Source of the DNA: Candidatus Parcubacteria bacterium
Lineage (GTDB): Bacteria > Patescibacteriota > Minisyncoccia > Phycocordibacterales > UBA2100
Assembly: GCA_039798465.1 (NCBI GenBank)
Contig: JBDKGA010000002.1
Location: 1 to 43,927, forward strand
Direction: 5' to 3'
Length of the DNA: 43,927 nucleotides
Below the pieces are notes generated by a model that had not been told where the DNA came from, searched no databases, and saw only the letters and a list, made by a program, of their open reading frames with translations. Shown here one piece after another: positions 8,480 to 18,900 of this stretch. Each line of letters starts with the position of its first letter. Position 1 is the first letter of the stretch. The translations under genes and the position numbers were made by a program.

Positions 8480-9292
8480 ATGACGGATAGAAAAACAAAG
8501 TGGAAGGAAGAAGCGTGGGAAGCACTCCTCGTGCAGAAGTGGGATACTCGTGGCGCAGCCTGTTCCGTTGAATATTCAGTGGAAGACCTTAATTCGATTC
8601 TTTCTAAATATACAAAGTCTGGTCAAGGCGAAATACGTATTTTCCATTCTGGTTCAACAAAAGTTTTTGCTTTAAAAAAACGAGGGGTAGTTAAGATTCC
8701 TATTTCACGAACACAGTGGAAATTGGTCCAAGCCCCGAAACCACTAGAATTCAAAGAGCCCCAGGAAGGAGGCATCTTCTCTCCTCAGAACGAATTGACC
8801 GAAGGAATGGTTGCGGGGATTGTAGATACTCTTGAAACTAAATCAAATCCTGGAGAAACTACACTTTTAGCGATTGCAAAGCATACCGGTCTCATTAGGG
8901 ATTTCTACACCCTCACAGAAAATGGTGTTTTGTTTACGGGGGGTAGACAAAAGGCAAAGGTAACAGTGCACGTAAATGGCGACATGATGGATATGTCGAA
9001 AGCGCAAATTGAGATAGACGGGGGCTTTGAGTGGCCTATGGATGTAGTGATTGCCGAAATGAAGAGTTCGTTCAAACAAACTGATTTCGATACCAATCAG
9101 GCATTGTTGCCAATGTTAAAATGGAAGAAGTTGTTGCCCCAGAAGACTGTGCACTCTCTGGTCTTGTTAGCAGAGACTCATCAAAACAATATTGAATATT
9201 GGGCGTATGATATTGGTGAGAGCGGTGCCGGGCTTGGTGCAGAAATACTAAAAAGTAAGAAATATATCATTGAATTAAATCATGCACATTGA
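8480..9292 (+). CDS. putative type II restriction endonuclease (PD-(D/E)xK-like)
   Basis: Lies between two MTases, visibly AT-richer; QIEIDGGFE...IAEMK catalytic-like motif. Confidence 0.65.
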   Translation: MTDRKTKWKEEAWEALLVQKWDTRGAACSVEYSVEDLNSILSKYTKSGQGEIRIFHSGSTKVFALKKRGVVKIPISRTQWKLVQAPKPLEFKEPQEGGIFSPQNELTEGMVAGIVDTLETKSNPGETTLLAIAKHTGLIRDFYTLTENGVLFTGGRQKAKVTVHVNGDMMDMSKAQIEIDGGFEWPMDVVIAEMKSSFKQTDFDTNQALLPMLKWKKLLPQKTVHSLVLLAETHQNNIEYWAYDIGESGAGLGAEILKSKKYIIELNHAH

Positions 9293-10016
9293 GCCGATTG
9301 ATTTTGATTTGGAATGCACATCGGTGTGGGCGTTTCCGCGGCGGGGGAATTGGGCCACGCATACCTCTGACTGGCGGGGGAATTGGGCTCCCGAGGTTGC
9401 CCGTAATCTCATACTCCGATATTCAAAAGAAGGCGACGCACTCCTCGATCCAATGATAGGCGGCGGCACTACTGCAATCGAGGCAAAGCTCCTCAATCGC
9501 AACATTATTTATTCCGACGTAAATCCAAAGGCACTCGAGCGCACCAAAAAAGCTCTTGATTTTGAGGTCCCGCACAAGGTGTGGCACAAGGGCTACAAGT
9601 GGGACGCTCGTAAACTCGATAAGCTCGAAAGTGGGATTATCGATTTTGCGCTCACACATCCGCCGTATGCGGACATCATCAAATACAGCGAAGGAGAGAT
9701 AGAAGAAGACTTATCGAATATTCACGATATCGATACGTTTGTCGAAGAAATGGGGCAGGTGGCGCGGGAAATGCACCGCGTACTCAAGCCGGGGAAATTT
9801 TGCGCAATTCTCATTGGCGATACTCGCCGCAAGACCATGTATCAGCCACTTGCGTTTAAAGTAATGCAACAGTTTCTCGATAGTGGATTCCAGCTGAAAG
9901 AAAATATAATCAAGCGGCAGTTTAACTGCAAAGCCACGGGCTTCTGGGTTACCAAGTCGAAGCAGAGTAATTTTTTACTCATCATGCACGAGCATTTGTT
10001 TGTGTTTCAAAAATAA
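9282..10016 (+). CDS. N6/N4 DNA methyltransferase (TRM11-like SAM-dependent MTase)
   Basis: VWAFPRRGNWATH, LLDPMIGGGTT (motif I), THPPY (motif IV), HEHLFVF. Confidence 0.85.
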   Translation: MHIEPIDFDLECTSVWAFPRRGNWATHTSDWRGNWAPEVARNLILRYSKEGDALLDPMIGGGTTAIEAKLLNRNIIYSDVNPKALERTKKALDFEVPHKVWHKGYKWDARKLDKLESGIIDFALTHPPYADIIKYSEGEIEEDLSNIHDIDTFVEEMGQVAREMHRVLKPGKFCAILIGDTRRKTMYQPLAFKVMQQFLDSGFQLKENIIKRQFNCKATGFWVTKSKQSNFLLIMHEHLFVFQK

Positions 10017-10017
10017 T

Positions 10018-10360
10018 ATGTCCACGACGCAAGCGACTATCGATTTTTTGCTCGACCAGGTAGAGGGGGCGGGGGAGGTGCGGGCGCGAAAGATGTTTGG
10101 GGAGTATGCGCTGTATTGCGATAGCAAAGTGGTGGCGCTCGTATGCGACGACACGCTCTTCATCAAGCTCACCGAAGAGGGCAAAGAGTATGTGGGCACA
10201 CGCTACGCAGAAGGCGCGCCGTATCCCGGGCGCCAAGCCGTGGATGAAAATACCCGAGGAGGTGCTCGATGATCGCGAGTGGCTCTCGGAGCTTGTACGC
10301 CTCACCGCCGAGGCGCTCCCGAAGCCTGCTCCCAAGAAAAAACGTGCGAAGCGGCGATAG
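10018..10360 (+). pseudogene. TfoX/Sxy N-terminal domain protein with a 1-nt insertion frameshift
   Basis: RKMFGEYALY...LVCDDTLFIK...APYPG in one frame continues as AKPWMKIPEEVLDDREWL in another; extra base in TATCCCGGGCGCCAAG (about 10228-10231). Confidence 0.8.
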
Positions 10361-10393
10361 TTTGATGTGGAGGCAATCTGCTACACTTAGTCC

Positions 10394-10867
10394 ATGCAAT
10401 CACGCTACGTATCTTTAGTCGCTTCCATCCTCCTCGCACTCGGTGCGGGCGCGGTGGGGAGCGTGTTTACCATGAGCGAAATCCCGACGTGGTACGCGAG
10501 CCTCGTACAGCCATGGATAGCGCCGCCCAATTGGGTGTTTGGCCCCGTGTGGACTACGCTCTATATCTTGATGGGTACCGCAGCGTGGATAGTCTACACA
10601 CAAGAAAAGAATGCAGCGCGGCGGCATGAATCGCTCGCACTCTATGCGCTGCAGCTCGCGCTCAATACGCTGTGGTCTATCATCTTTTTCTCACTCCACG
10701 CACTCGGGCTCGCGCTCGCAGAGATTATGCTCATGTGGCTTGCTATCGCAGCTACTATGTGGGCATTTGCACGCACATCGCGCACCGCCGCGTGGCTTTT
10801 GGCGCCGTATCTTGCGTGGGTATCTTTTGCAACGTATCTCAACTATTTGTACTGGATGCTCAATTAG
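10394..10867 (+). CDS. tspO: TspO/MBR tryptophan-rich sensory protein
   Basis: WYASL..P..APPNWVFGPVWTTLY, LNTLWS..FF, PYLAWVSFATYLN. Confidence 0.93.
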   Translation: MQSRYVSLVASILLALGAGAVGSVFTMSEIPTWYASLVQPWIAPPNWVFGPVWTTLYILMGTAAWIVYTQEKNAARRHESLALYALQLALNTLWSIIFFSLHALGLALAEIMLMWLAIAATMWAFARTSRTAAWLLAPYLAWVSFATYLNYLYWMLN

Positions 10868-10888
10868 TGAATGCGTTATACTAGGCTG

Positions 10889-11896
10889 ATGGCCACAAAG
10901 CCTACAAAGAAGGCTCCGCAAGGGGTTGTTGTGTATCAAGCAAAAAACGGAGCAATAGAGCTGCGGGGCGATACTTCGCGCGAGACGGTGTGGGCGACGC
11001 AGGCGGACATGGCTCGGATATTTGGCGTTACTCCACAGAACATTACACTGCACCTCAAAAATATCTACAAGGAAAAGGAGCTCGACGAGAGGGCAACTTG
11101 TAAGGAATCCTTACAAGTTCAGAAGGAAGGGAAACGAGAGGTTACCCGCCAGGTAAAGGAGTACAACCTCGACGCAATGATTGCTGTCGGCTATCGCGTT
11201 GGTTCTGTTGTTGGTACTCGATTCCGCCAGTGGGCCACCAAGACCCTCCGCGAGCACATTACCCGCGGCTACACCATCAACCGCTCTGTTGTCGCAAAGA
11301 ATATGGATGCATTTTTGCGCACCGCTGAGGAAATGAAGGCACTGCTTCCAAAAAATCGCGCACTCGGCGACGAGGGCGTGCTTGAGCTCGTATCTTTCTT
11401 TGCCAACACTTGGCTTTCGCTCGATGCCTATGACAAGGAGGCTTTTGCCAAAGGCCGCACTACAAAGAAAAAAATCGCACTTACCGCCGAAACATTTTTG
11501 CGCGACGTTGCAGTACTCAAAAATGAATTAATCAAAAAGGGTGAGGCTACTGAGCTCTTTGCTGCAGAGCGTAGTCGCGAGGCGATAGAGGGAATCATTG
11601 GCAATGTGATGCAGGGATTTGGCGGAGTAGATGTGTACCCGAGTGTCGAAGAAAAGGCTGCACACCTTCTCTATTTTGTCGTGAAGAACCATCCGTTTGT
11701 GGATGGCAATAAGCGCACGGGCGCGTACGCGTTTGTGTGGTTTTTGGCGCGCGCAAAAATATTGGACCGCGAGCGAATATCACCGAGCGCGCTCACGGCT
11801 CTCACGCTCCTGGTGGCCGAGAGTGATCCGAAAGACAAAGACCGCCTCATCGGACTCATTACGATGCTCCTCGGACTACCCAAAAGTGCTCGGTAG
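10889..11896 (+). CDS. RhuM-Fic/Doc fusion protein
   Basis: RhuM motifs ETVWATQ, YNLDAMIAVGYRV, FRQWAT; Fic motif HPFVDGNKRTG; TATACT 6 nt before ATG 10889. Confidence 0.9.
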   Translation: MATKPTKKAPQGVVVYQAKNGAIELRGDTSRETVWATQADMARIFGVTPQNITLHLKNIYKEKELDERATCKESLQVQKEGKREVTRQVKEYNLDAMIAVGYRVGSVVGTRFRQWATKTLREHITRGYTINRSVVAKNMDAFLRTAEEMKALLPKNRALGDEGVLELVSFFANTWLSLDAYDKEAFAKGRTTKKKIALTAETFLRDVAVLKNELIKKGEATELFAAERSREAIEGIIGNVMQGFGGVDVYPSVEEKAAHLLYFVVKNHPFVDGNKRTGAYAFVWFLARAKILDRERISPSALTALTLLVAESDPKDKDRLIGLITMLLGLPKSAR

Positions 11897-11929
11897 CCAG
11901 TAGCCCCTCCTATTTGCTACACTGCCCCC

Positions 11930-12796
11930 ATGGAAACCGCACCCGCTATACGCTACACCGTTATTCTCTTCTACAAATTCTTTGCGGTAGAGAATCCTGC
12001 TGCTTTTCGTGATGACCAGCGTGCGCTTGCTGAAGCCTGCAATCTCAAGGGCCGTATGCTTGTCGCGACCGAAGGCGTCAATGCTACCTTTGAGGGAACA
12101 GATGCTGATGTAGAGCGATACAAAGCCGCGCTCAAGCGTATTCCCGCGCTCGCCGATATGCTCATCAAAGAGAGCGCTGGTACCGGAAAAGCGTTTCGGA
12201 AGCTCGAGGTAAAGGTGCGGCCCGAGGTGGTGACGCTCGGTGCGGGAGCATTTGATGTAGCACAGGAAACTGCGCCGACACTCGAATCGGCAGAACTCGA
12301 GCGCATGTATGAACGCGGGGATGATTTTGTCGTGCTCGATTTGCGCAACGACTATGAGATTGCGGTGGGGAAGTTTGATAAGACGATAGACCCAGCGCTG
12401 CACAACTTCCGTGATTTGCCGGCCAAGCTTCCGGAGCTCGCCCATCTCAAAGACAAGAAGGTGGTCACCGTGTGCACGGGCGGCATTCGCTGCGAAAAGG
12501 CCACCTGCCTTTTGAAACGCGAAGGATTCACCGACGTGGTCCAGCTCAAAGACGGTATTCATACGTACATGCAACAGTACCCCGGCAAACATTTTCGCGG
12601 GTCGCTCTTTGTGTTTGATAACCGCATCACCACAACGGTCGTGGATACGCCACAGCGAGACATTATCGGCACCTGTGCGTTTTGCGGAGCACGTACCGAA
12701 GACTTTTACAACGACGACACGGTGCGTCCTTCGCGCAAGGTTATTTGTTGCCGCAGTTGTATTGGAGTACAGCAGGAAGTGTTGCGCACGACGTAA
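11930..12796 (+). CDS. trhO: rhodanese-related tRNA uridine(34) hydroxylase TrhO (YceA/UPF0176)
   Basis: LFYKF, GRMLVATEGVNAT, D.RNDYE..VGKF, CTGGIRCEKA, GSLFVFDNR. Confidence 0.88.
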   Translation: METAPAIRYTVILFYKFFAVENPAAFRDDQRALAEACNLKGRMLVATEGVNATFEGTDADVERYKAALKRIPALADMLIKESAGTGKAFRKLEVKVRPEVVTLGAGAFDVAQETAPTLESAELERMYERGDDFVVLDLRNDYEIAVGKFDKTIDPALHNFRDLPAKLPELAHLKDKKVVTVCTGGIRCEKATCLLKREGFTDVVQLKDGIHTYMQQYPGKHFRGSLFVFDNRITTTVVDTPQRDIIGTCAFCGARTEDFYNDDTVRPSRKVICCRSCIGVQQEVLRTT

Positions 12797-12802
12797 TCGA
12801 TC

Positions 12803-13150
12803 ATGCGCGGTAAGCGGCGAGAGTATTTGAAGTACAAAGAGGGCGCGCGTGCACTCGTGCACGCGCGCATTGCGCACTACGTCTCGCTCGGTGAGATAGC
12901 GCCCAAGGCGGTACGTATACGTAATAGCAAAACACGGTGGGGCAGCTGCTCGATAAAGGGGAATCTCAATTTTCATTACAAGCTTGTGCTGCTGCCGCCA
13001 GAGCTTGCCGAGTATGTGATTGTGCATGAGCTCTGCCACCTGCGCGAGCTCAATCATTCGGCACGTTTTTGGGCGCACGTAGCAGTACATGTGCCTGACT
13101 ACCAGGCAAAACGTAAAGCACTCCACGCACAGGGGCGGCTCCTGCGTTAG
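12803..13150 (+). CDS. M48/YgjP (DUF45) metallopeptidase-like protein
   Basis: KTRWGSCS, YVIVHELCHL, NHSARFW. Confidence 0.88.
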   Translation: MRGKRREYLKYKEGARALVHARIAHYVSLGEIAPKAVRIRNSKTRWGSCSIKGNLNFHYKLVLLPPELAEYVIVHELCHLRELNHSARFWAHVAVHVPDYQAKRKALHAQGRLLR

Positions 13151-13176
13151 GCTGTGAGGTAGTGTATTATCTGCCC

Positions 13177-13707
13177 ATGCGTCGCATACTCCTGTATATA
13201 TTTGTAGCGTTTCTCATCGTTATACCAATGCGACTCTTTGTGGCGCAGCCATTTATTGTCTCGGGCGGTTCTATGCAGCCACTCCTGCAGCCCAAAGATT
13301 ATCTCGTGGTGGACGAGGTGTCGTATCGGTATCGTGCACCAGAACGAGGTGAGGTAATCGTGTTTCGCTACCCACTTGATCCGGATCAAATATTTGTGAA
13401 GCGTGTTGCTGGTCTGCCGGGCGAAACCATTGAAATTGTAAATGGTGCGGTGCGGGTGAGTGGACCGTTTGGCACGACAACCCTCGACGAGCCATACAAA
13501 ACACCAGATACTAATCCTGAAAAAAATCAGCGCATCGTATTACACGATGATGAATATTTTGTGCTCGGCGACAATCGGACGGCGAGCGCTGATTCACGCG
13601 TGTGGGGGCCGCTCATGAAGCGATTTATCATTGGGCGCGCTGCAATCCGACTCTTTCCGCTTCCGCGCGCAGAACTCAATCCGGGTGTTTTTGTGCACGC
13701 ACAGTAA
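13177..13707 (+). CDS. lepB: signal peptidase I
   Basis: SGGSMQP (Ser), FVKRVAGLPGE (Lys), GDNRTASADSR. Confidence 0.93.
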   Translation: MRRILLYIFVAFLIVIPMRLFVAQPFIVSGGSMQPLLQPKDYLVVDEVSYRYRAPERGEVIVFRYPLDPDQIFVKRVAGLPGETIEIVNGAVRVSGPFGTTTLDEPYKTPDTNPEKNQRIVLHDDEYFVLGDNRTASADSRVWGPLMKRFIIGRAAIRLFPLPRAELNPGVFVHAQ

Positions 13708-13786
13708 TTGCGTGCGATATCCACACAACAGTGCGCGTTTAAAGAGGGAAGTGTGCGCGCGTGGCGTATACTAATGATACGCACAT

Positions 13787-14275
13787 ATGTCTACGTTCCT
13801 TGATCGTCTCAAAAAGAAAGACCTCGTTCCAACGACGCCCGAGGATGTAAAAAAAGCGCAAGTCGCAACGCAAACCACGCAGAGCGCACAGGCAAATCCG
13901 CCATCGGTTACTGCTGCCGAGCAACTCAAGGTAGATATTCATCAGACACAAGACGCAATAATTATTTATGCGCAGATAGCGGGGGCGAGTGTCAACGACT
14001 ACAGCGTTACTATCGAAGGAGATAGCGACGTGGTAACGATAAAAGGCGAGCGCAAGAAGCCAAACGGTGATTTGCTCGCGCATCCTGGCATCGAGGGCAA
14101 GGAGCAAGTGTTATCTGAGTGTTCGTGGGGCAAGTTTTATCGTCAGATAATTCTGCCGGCGGCGGTCGACGCTAGCAAAACACAGGCAAAGATGCGTGAA
14201 GGAGTGCTTATGCTACTCCTTCCGCTAAAAGAGCACGCCGACACCGGTGTTCGTATCCAGGTGGAGATGGCGTGA
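13787..14275 (+). CDS. Hsp20/alpha-crystallin family protein
   Basis: VDIHQT, IKGER, ECSWGKFYRQIILP, A.MREGVL.L.LP. Confidence 0.9.
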   Translation: MSTFLDRLKKKDLVPTTPEDVKKAQVATQTTQSAQANPPSVTAAEQLKVDIHQTQDAIIIYAQIAGASVNDYSVTIEGDSDVVTIKGERKKPNGDLLAHPGIEGKEQVLSECSWGKFYRQIILPAAVDASKTQAKMREGVLMLLLPLKEHADTGVRIQVEMA

Positions 14276-14301
14276 TAGCGCGCGAGTGCGCGCTCTTCTC
14301 C

Positions 14302-15771
14302 ATGAAGACTCGTCGAATAGGAATCCGAACCCTCTCACTGTGTGCGTGCATTTTTTTGTGTGCACCAGGCGCTGTTGCCGCAGCGACGCTTTCATTTACT
14401 CCGAGCGCAGGAGAGTTTGTGGCGGGGAAGAACTTTACCGTCAAGGTGTCGATTGACCCTGGTACCGATAAAGTAAACGCAGCCGATGGCACGGTGTCGT
14501 TTGATTCCTCGGTGCTTTCTGTGACGAGTGTTTCTAAAGACGGCTCTGCGTTTTCGCTCTGGACCGCTGATCCGAGTTTTTCAAATGCCGATGGGACAGT
14601 GGTCTTTAGCGGTGGAACACCGACTGCATTTTCAAACAAAGGGACTGTTGTTTCCATTGTATTTAAAGCAAAAAAACCAGGTTCTGCGGCGGTATCTTTT
14701 TCTAAAGGCTCGATACTGGCAGCCGATGGAAAGGGGACCGATGTATATACGCCAGGAGAGAGTGCCACATTTGTCATTACTGACGCACCAGCGGCGCCAC
14801 CGCCCGCAGCAGAACCGGAGCCAACCTCTGAGGCGATTGGCACGCTCCCCATCGCGCCGGTCGTCACTTCTTCAACGCACGGTAAGCCCGAAAATTGGTA
14901 CGGCACCTCTACTGCAATGTTTGCCTGGAAGCCCACCAACGACGTCCTTTCGGTGCGCACGGTGTTTAGTCAGAATCCGGAAGACAAGCCAACACAAGTG
15001 TTGCCGCTTGCCTCTACCACACAGACCGTTGTGGGTGTCGCCGATGGTGAATGGTATTTTATCGCCCAATACAAAAATGATTCGGGATGGGGGCCGGTGG
15101 GTAAATTGCAGATACACGTAGACACCACAGCGCCGAGCGAATTTGACGTTGCGCTCGCGTCTCCCACGTCCGGCACCGATGTGCCAAAACTTTCTTTTAA
15201 GGCAGAAGATGCTCTCTCGGGAGTCGATAGGTATGAAATTTTGTTTAACGGAACGGCGGTTGGTTCGGTAAAAGTTAAAGATATCCCCGATGGACTTTTT
15301 GTTATTCCACCACAGGAGGGCGGAGACACCGAAGTGAAGATAAAAGCATTTGATAAAGCTGGCAATGTGCGTGAGGCAGTGCGGCGACTCACGCTTCCCA
15401 AGGTAGAAAAACCAGTTGCCGAAGGTGATGCTCCTAAGCAAAGCTCAAACTGGGTGGAGCATGCGCTTGTAGTCTTACTCGCACTCCTCCTGGGTGGGGC
15501 AGTGGCGTGGAATATGCGATTACGCAAAGAGCGCGACGCTGAACAAGCGCGTATCTTGGTGCGCGTGGTTGAGGTGCGCGAAAAGAACGATCGTATTTTT
15601 ACCGCGATGCGAGAAGAATTTGAACAAATGGTCCAAGACTTCGACGAAAAACCGCAGCTCACGCCGCAAGAACGCGATCTGCTCGAAGGTATCAAGGAGG
15701 TGCTGGAAATCTCAGAAGGGTTGCTAGATTCGAGCCTCGAAGAGCTCAAAAAAGAAGTTCGCGGAAAATAA
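14302..15771 (+). CDS. cohesin-domain plus Ig-like membrane-anchored surface protein with cytoplasmic helical tail
   Basis: Signal peptide ending AVAA; cohesin-like FTVKVSID..VNAADGTVSFD..FSLW..DP..GGTP; Ig-like DTTAP..SGVDRYEI..DKAGN; C-terminal TM. Alternative GTG start at 14272. Confidence 0.8.
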   Translation: MKTRRIGIRTLSLCACIFLCAPGAVAAATLSFTPSAGEFVAGKNFTVKVSIDPGTDKVNAADGTVSFDSSVLSVTSVSKDGSAFSLWTADPSFSNADGTVVFSGGTPTAFSNKGTVVSIVFKAKKPGSAAVSFSKGSILAADGKGTDVYTPGESATFVITDAPAAPPPAAEPEPTSEAIGTLPIAPVVTSSTHGKPENWYGTSTAMFAWKPTNDVLSVRTVFSQNPEDKPTQVLPLASTTQTVVGVADGEWYFIAQYKNDSGWGPVGKLQIHVDTTAPSEFDVALASPTSGTDVPKLSFKAEDALSGVDRYEILFNGTAVGSVKVKDIPDGLFVIPPQEGGDTEVKIKAFDKAGNVREAVRRLTLPKVEKPVAEGDAPKQSSNWVEHALVVLLALLLGGAVAWNMRLRKERDAEQARILVRVVEVREKNDRIFTAMREEFEQMVQDFDEKPQLTPQERDLLEGIKEVLEISEGLLDSSLEELKKEVRGK

Positions 15772-15987
15772 ACATTTTGTCTGATTTCGTGCGTCCTCGA
15801 CGCGTTTTTGGGCCGCTACATGCGCGCTAAAAAAGCAGGAGGGAATGTTGCAGTTTTTTGTGAAGAAGTTCTCCACATTTTTGAGGTTTTAAGGGCTTTT
15901 TTGGTGATTTTGAGTGCGCGAATAATGATAGAATAAAGAGGCAAAAGACGCGGCGAAAAAGAGCGGCGTTTTTGTGCGTGCGGCTCC

Positions 15988-18900
15988 ATGAAATATTTCA
16001 TGCAAACTCGATTTTTTCTTCATCGCAAACCGGTCACACTCATCGTTTTGAGTATTCTTGCGCTCGTGCTCGTTGGGTGGCTCACGCGTGGTTTTGTCCG
16101 AGCGTATGTCGAAGTAAAGCGTGCACACATTTTTGCAACAGACGTATCGGCGGTTGGATGGGAAGAGTCCACGCATGCGCTCGCGCTTGATTTGCCAGCA
16201 GATGCGCCGTACATAAACTTTTCTCGCGAGAACAGTGCATACATTGCGATTGGCGAGATTACCGAACCAACACCTGTCCCCGCCGTTACGACGCCACCCG
16301 AGCCCGGAGAAGCACCAGAGATGCAGCCCGAAGAAACACCAGTCTCAGAAGTTCCTGTCGAACCTACCGATAGTGCCCCGGTAGAAACACCGCCGACCCC
16401 GTCAGAGACACCCGCTTCTGACACGGCTCCCAGTTCTCCCGAAGCTCCTGCTGTACCTCCGGTGGAAATTCCCGCTGCGCCCGCACCGACCGATGCGGCA
16501 CCGACGAGCTTGGAGCGTTTAGAACTATTTGTGGAACATGTCACAGATGCAATTCTTGCACGCACGGCAACCGTTGCTTTTGCTACCACTAGTAGCGAGA
16601 GCACTGTTGCTTCGAGTAGTGATGAAATAATTGCCTCGACTACACCGCCCGTCTCTGAGCCGTCTGTTGCCGACGCCTCGACGTGCGCAGTCTTGGGGCG
16701 GCCGTGTCACACTATCGAACTCAGTGGTTTCTCTGTTTCTGGATCGCTCACCGATAAAAAGTTTCGCGGTGCGTATGTAAACTTTTCTTTTGCGGGACTT
16801 GCCGCAGAGGATGCATTTCCAGAAACAAAACTCGTTGTGCGCTATTACCACAATGGCCAATGGCGCCACGCAGGGGAAGTGTTCATCAACAAAGAGCTTT
16901 CGAATGCGGGCAATGGCGACTATTTTTCGAGTAAGCTCGATGAGATACAGGTGTGGAATGATTTGGCGGATGTGCGCGTCATGCTCGAGTATGAGCGTGA
17001 TGCCGAGAGCGGACCGGCGCGCTTGTATCTCGATGCAGCGTGGATAGATGCTGAGTATCAGGAGCGCGCGCAAGATGTCATGCTTGGCGATGCTCCTGCT
17101 CCGGAAGACGCCCCAGAAAATGTTTCATTTGCCGAAAGTGCAGAAGGTGGCGACCGCGCTCGCTCGCTCACGGTGGGTGACGGCTCTCAGTTGCGTTTTG
17201 TGTATACCGGTAAGCCAGAACCAGATTCACTCTCGATGCGTCTTGATAGAAATGTCTACACTCCTGAGGTAGGCGCCACCAGCACGTATGCGTATCTCAG
17301 TATCACCAACACTACCGACGAGGTCGATAATTTCTCTCTCATAGCTGCGTTCCCCGAAGGTGATACGGTACAAGAAATTGCGCAGTTTATGCGCAATGTG
17401 CCACAAACGAACATTGTTCCCGTGTACGACGACGTGTCGTACTTTTGTGCTGCGGGGTGGGCGAGTGCCACTTCATCGGAAGCTGTATCTGCAGAGCATA
17501 TTTGTCTTGAGACAGGAGATGTGCGTTCGTGCGCGACAGTGAGTGATACCAAAGAAAACTGCAGTGTATCGCATGTGGTGGTGGCCTCAACAACAGAAAC
17601 GCGATATGTGAGCGACTGGGTGCCGCTTGATCTTTCTGAGGAAACTTCTGCTGCGGTGCCGGTGCCGCCTGGGTATCGCGCTACGAAAATTACGGCGCGA
17701 ACGCTCGAAATACTTCCTGGCCAAACCATTTACCTGCGTGCACTCCTTGTCCCAGTGCCAGGTGCTGCGGCACGATTTATGCTTTTTGCCGCCGGAGGAC
17801 TCGAAGGAGATATCGATTCCTCACAACTACGCTTAGAAAAAGATTGGCCAGAAGTAGGGAAATCAGGCAAGCGTGCCATAAAAAAAGCAGAGCTTGCGCG
17901 TGCGCGCTTGAGTGAACAAATTTCCACACGTGTCGAATTTGAAGCTGGCGAAAAACCAGAATTCCGTATGCGATTCCGTTCGCAACGCCCAATCCTCATG
18001 CGCTTGCGCGATACTATCACCGGGCGACAGCCAGAATTTGCCGTAGAGCGCGCAGTGCTTTTGCGTGCCGACGGTTCGCGCGAAGAGGTGCCAGTGGATG
18101 TTTCTTTTGATCAAAACGGCGAGTGGACACTCAAGCTCGACGAAGCGCCGCGCGCGTTTCGACCAGGTCGCTACACGATGGATATTGCTCTTCGCGAAGG
18201 GGAGAGCACTTACACTGACTCACTCGAATTTTATTGGGGCGTGCTTGCGGTAAACACCGACAAACAACCGTACACTCCCGGAGACACCGCACATCTCGCA
18301 CTTGCGGCACTCGACGATGAGGGAGACACGATTTGTGATGCGCACCTGGCACTCTCCATCACTGCCCCCTCTGGTGCAGTTGCCGAGGTGCCGGTTTCGC
18401 CGGGAGGTAACTGTGGCCACAACAATGTGACAAATATTCCCGACTACGTGGCGGATTATCCGGTGATTGAAGAAGGAACTTATCGGATGACACTCACACG
18501 ACTCGACGATGCAGGCGCGGTGATGACGAGTATTGCTGATACGTTTGTGGTAGACGCGAACTCTCGTTTTTCTATTACACGCAGCGGTCCCACTCGTATT
18601 TATCCTCCCTCGCCATATACCATGCGCATGCGAGTGCACGCGACGCATGCATTTGATGGCACCGTGCGCGAAGCGGTGCCTGAAGGCTTTGCCATACTCG
18701 ATGCGGGAGGCGCAGAAATAGTCCGTGAGGTGGGTGTTGTGTATTTGGTGTGGCACCTTACGCTCGGCGACGGTGAATCACAGGAAGTGAGTTATATGTT
18801 TAAGGCACCCGATGTGAGCCCGTACCTCTTCCGTGTGGGTGCTGCAACACTAATCGAAAACGACGTACCAGTCTTTACCGAGCCGCGTAGTTGGCAAATT

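Noticed and set aside
10889-11896. RhuM-Fic as a novel toxin system
   Set aside because: A known, widespread fusion family; no linked partner evident
11876-13126. 416-aa minus-strand ORF
   Set aside because: Antisense to trhO and the M48 gene; no recognisable motifs
15940-15975. Hairpin or riboswitch in the giant gene leader (AAGACGC...GCGTTTT)
   Set aside because: Weak stem with no recognisable aptamer; cannot be supported by eye
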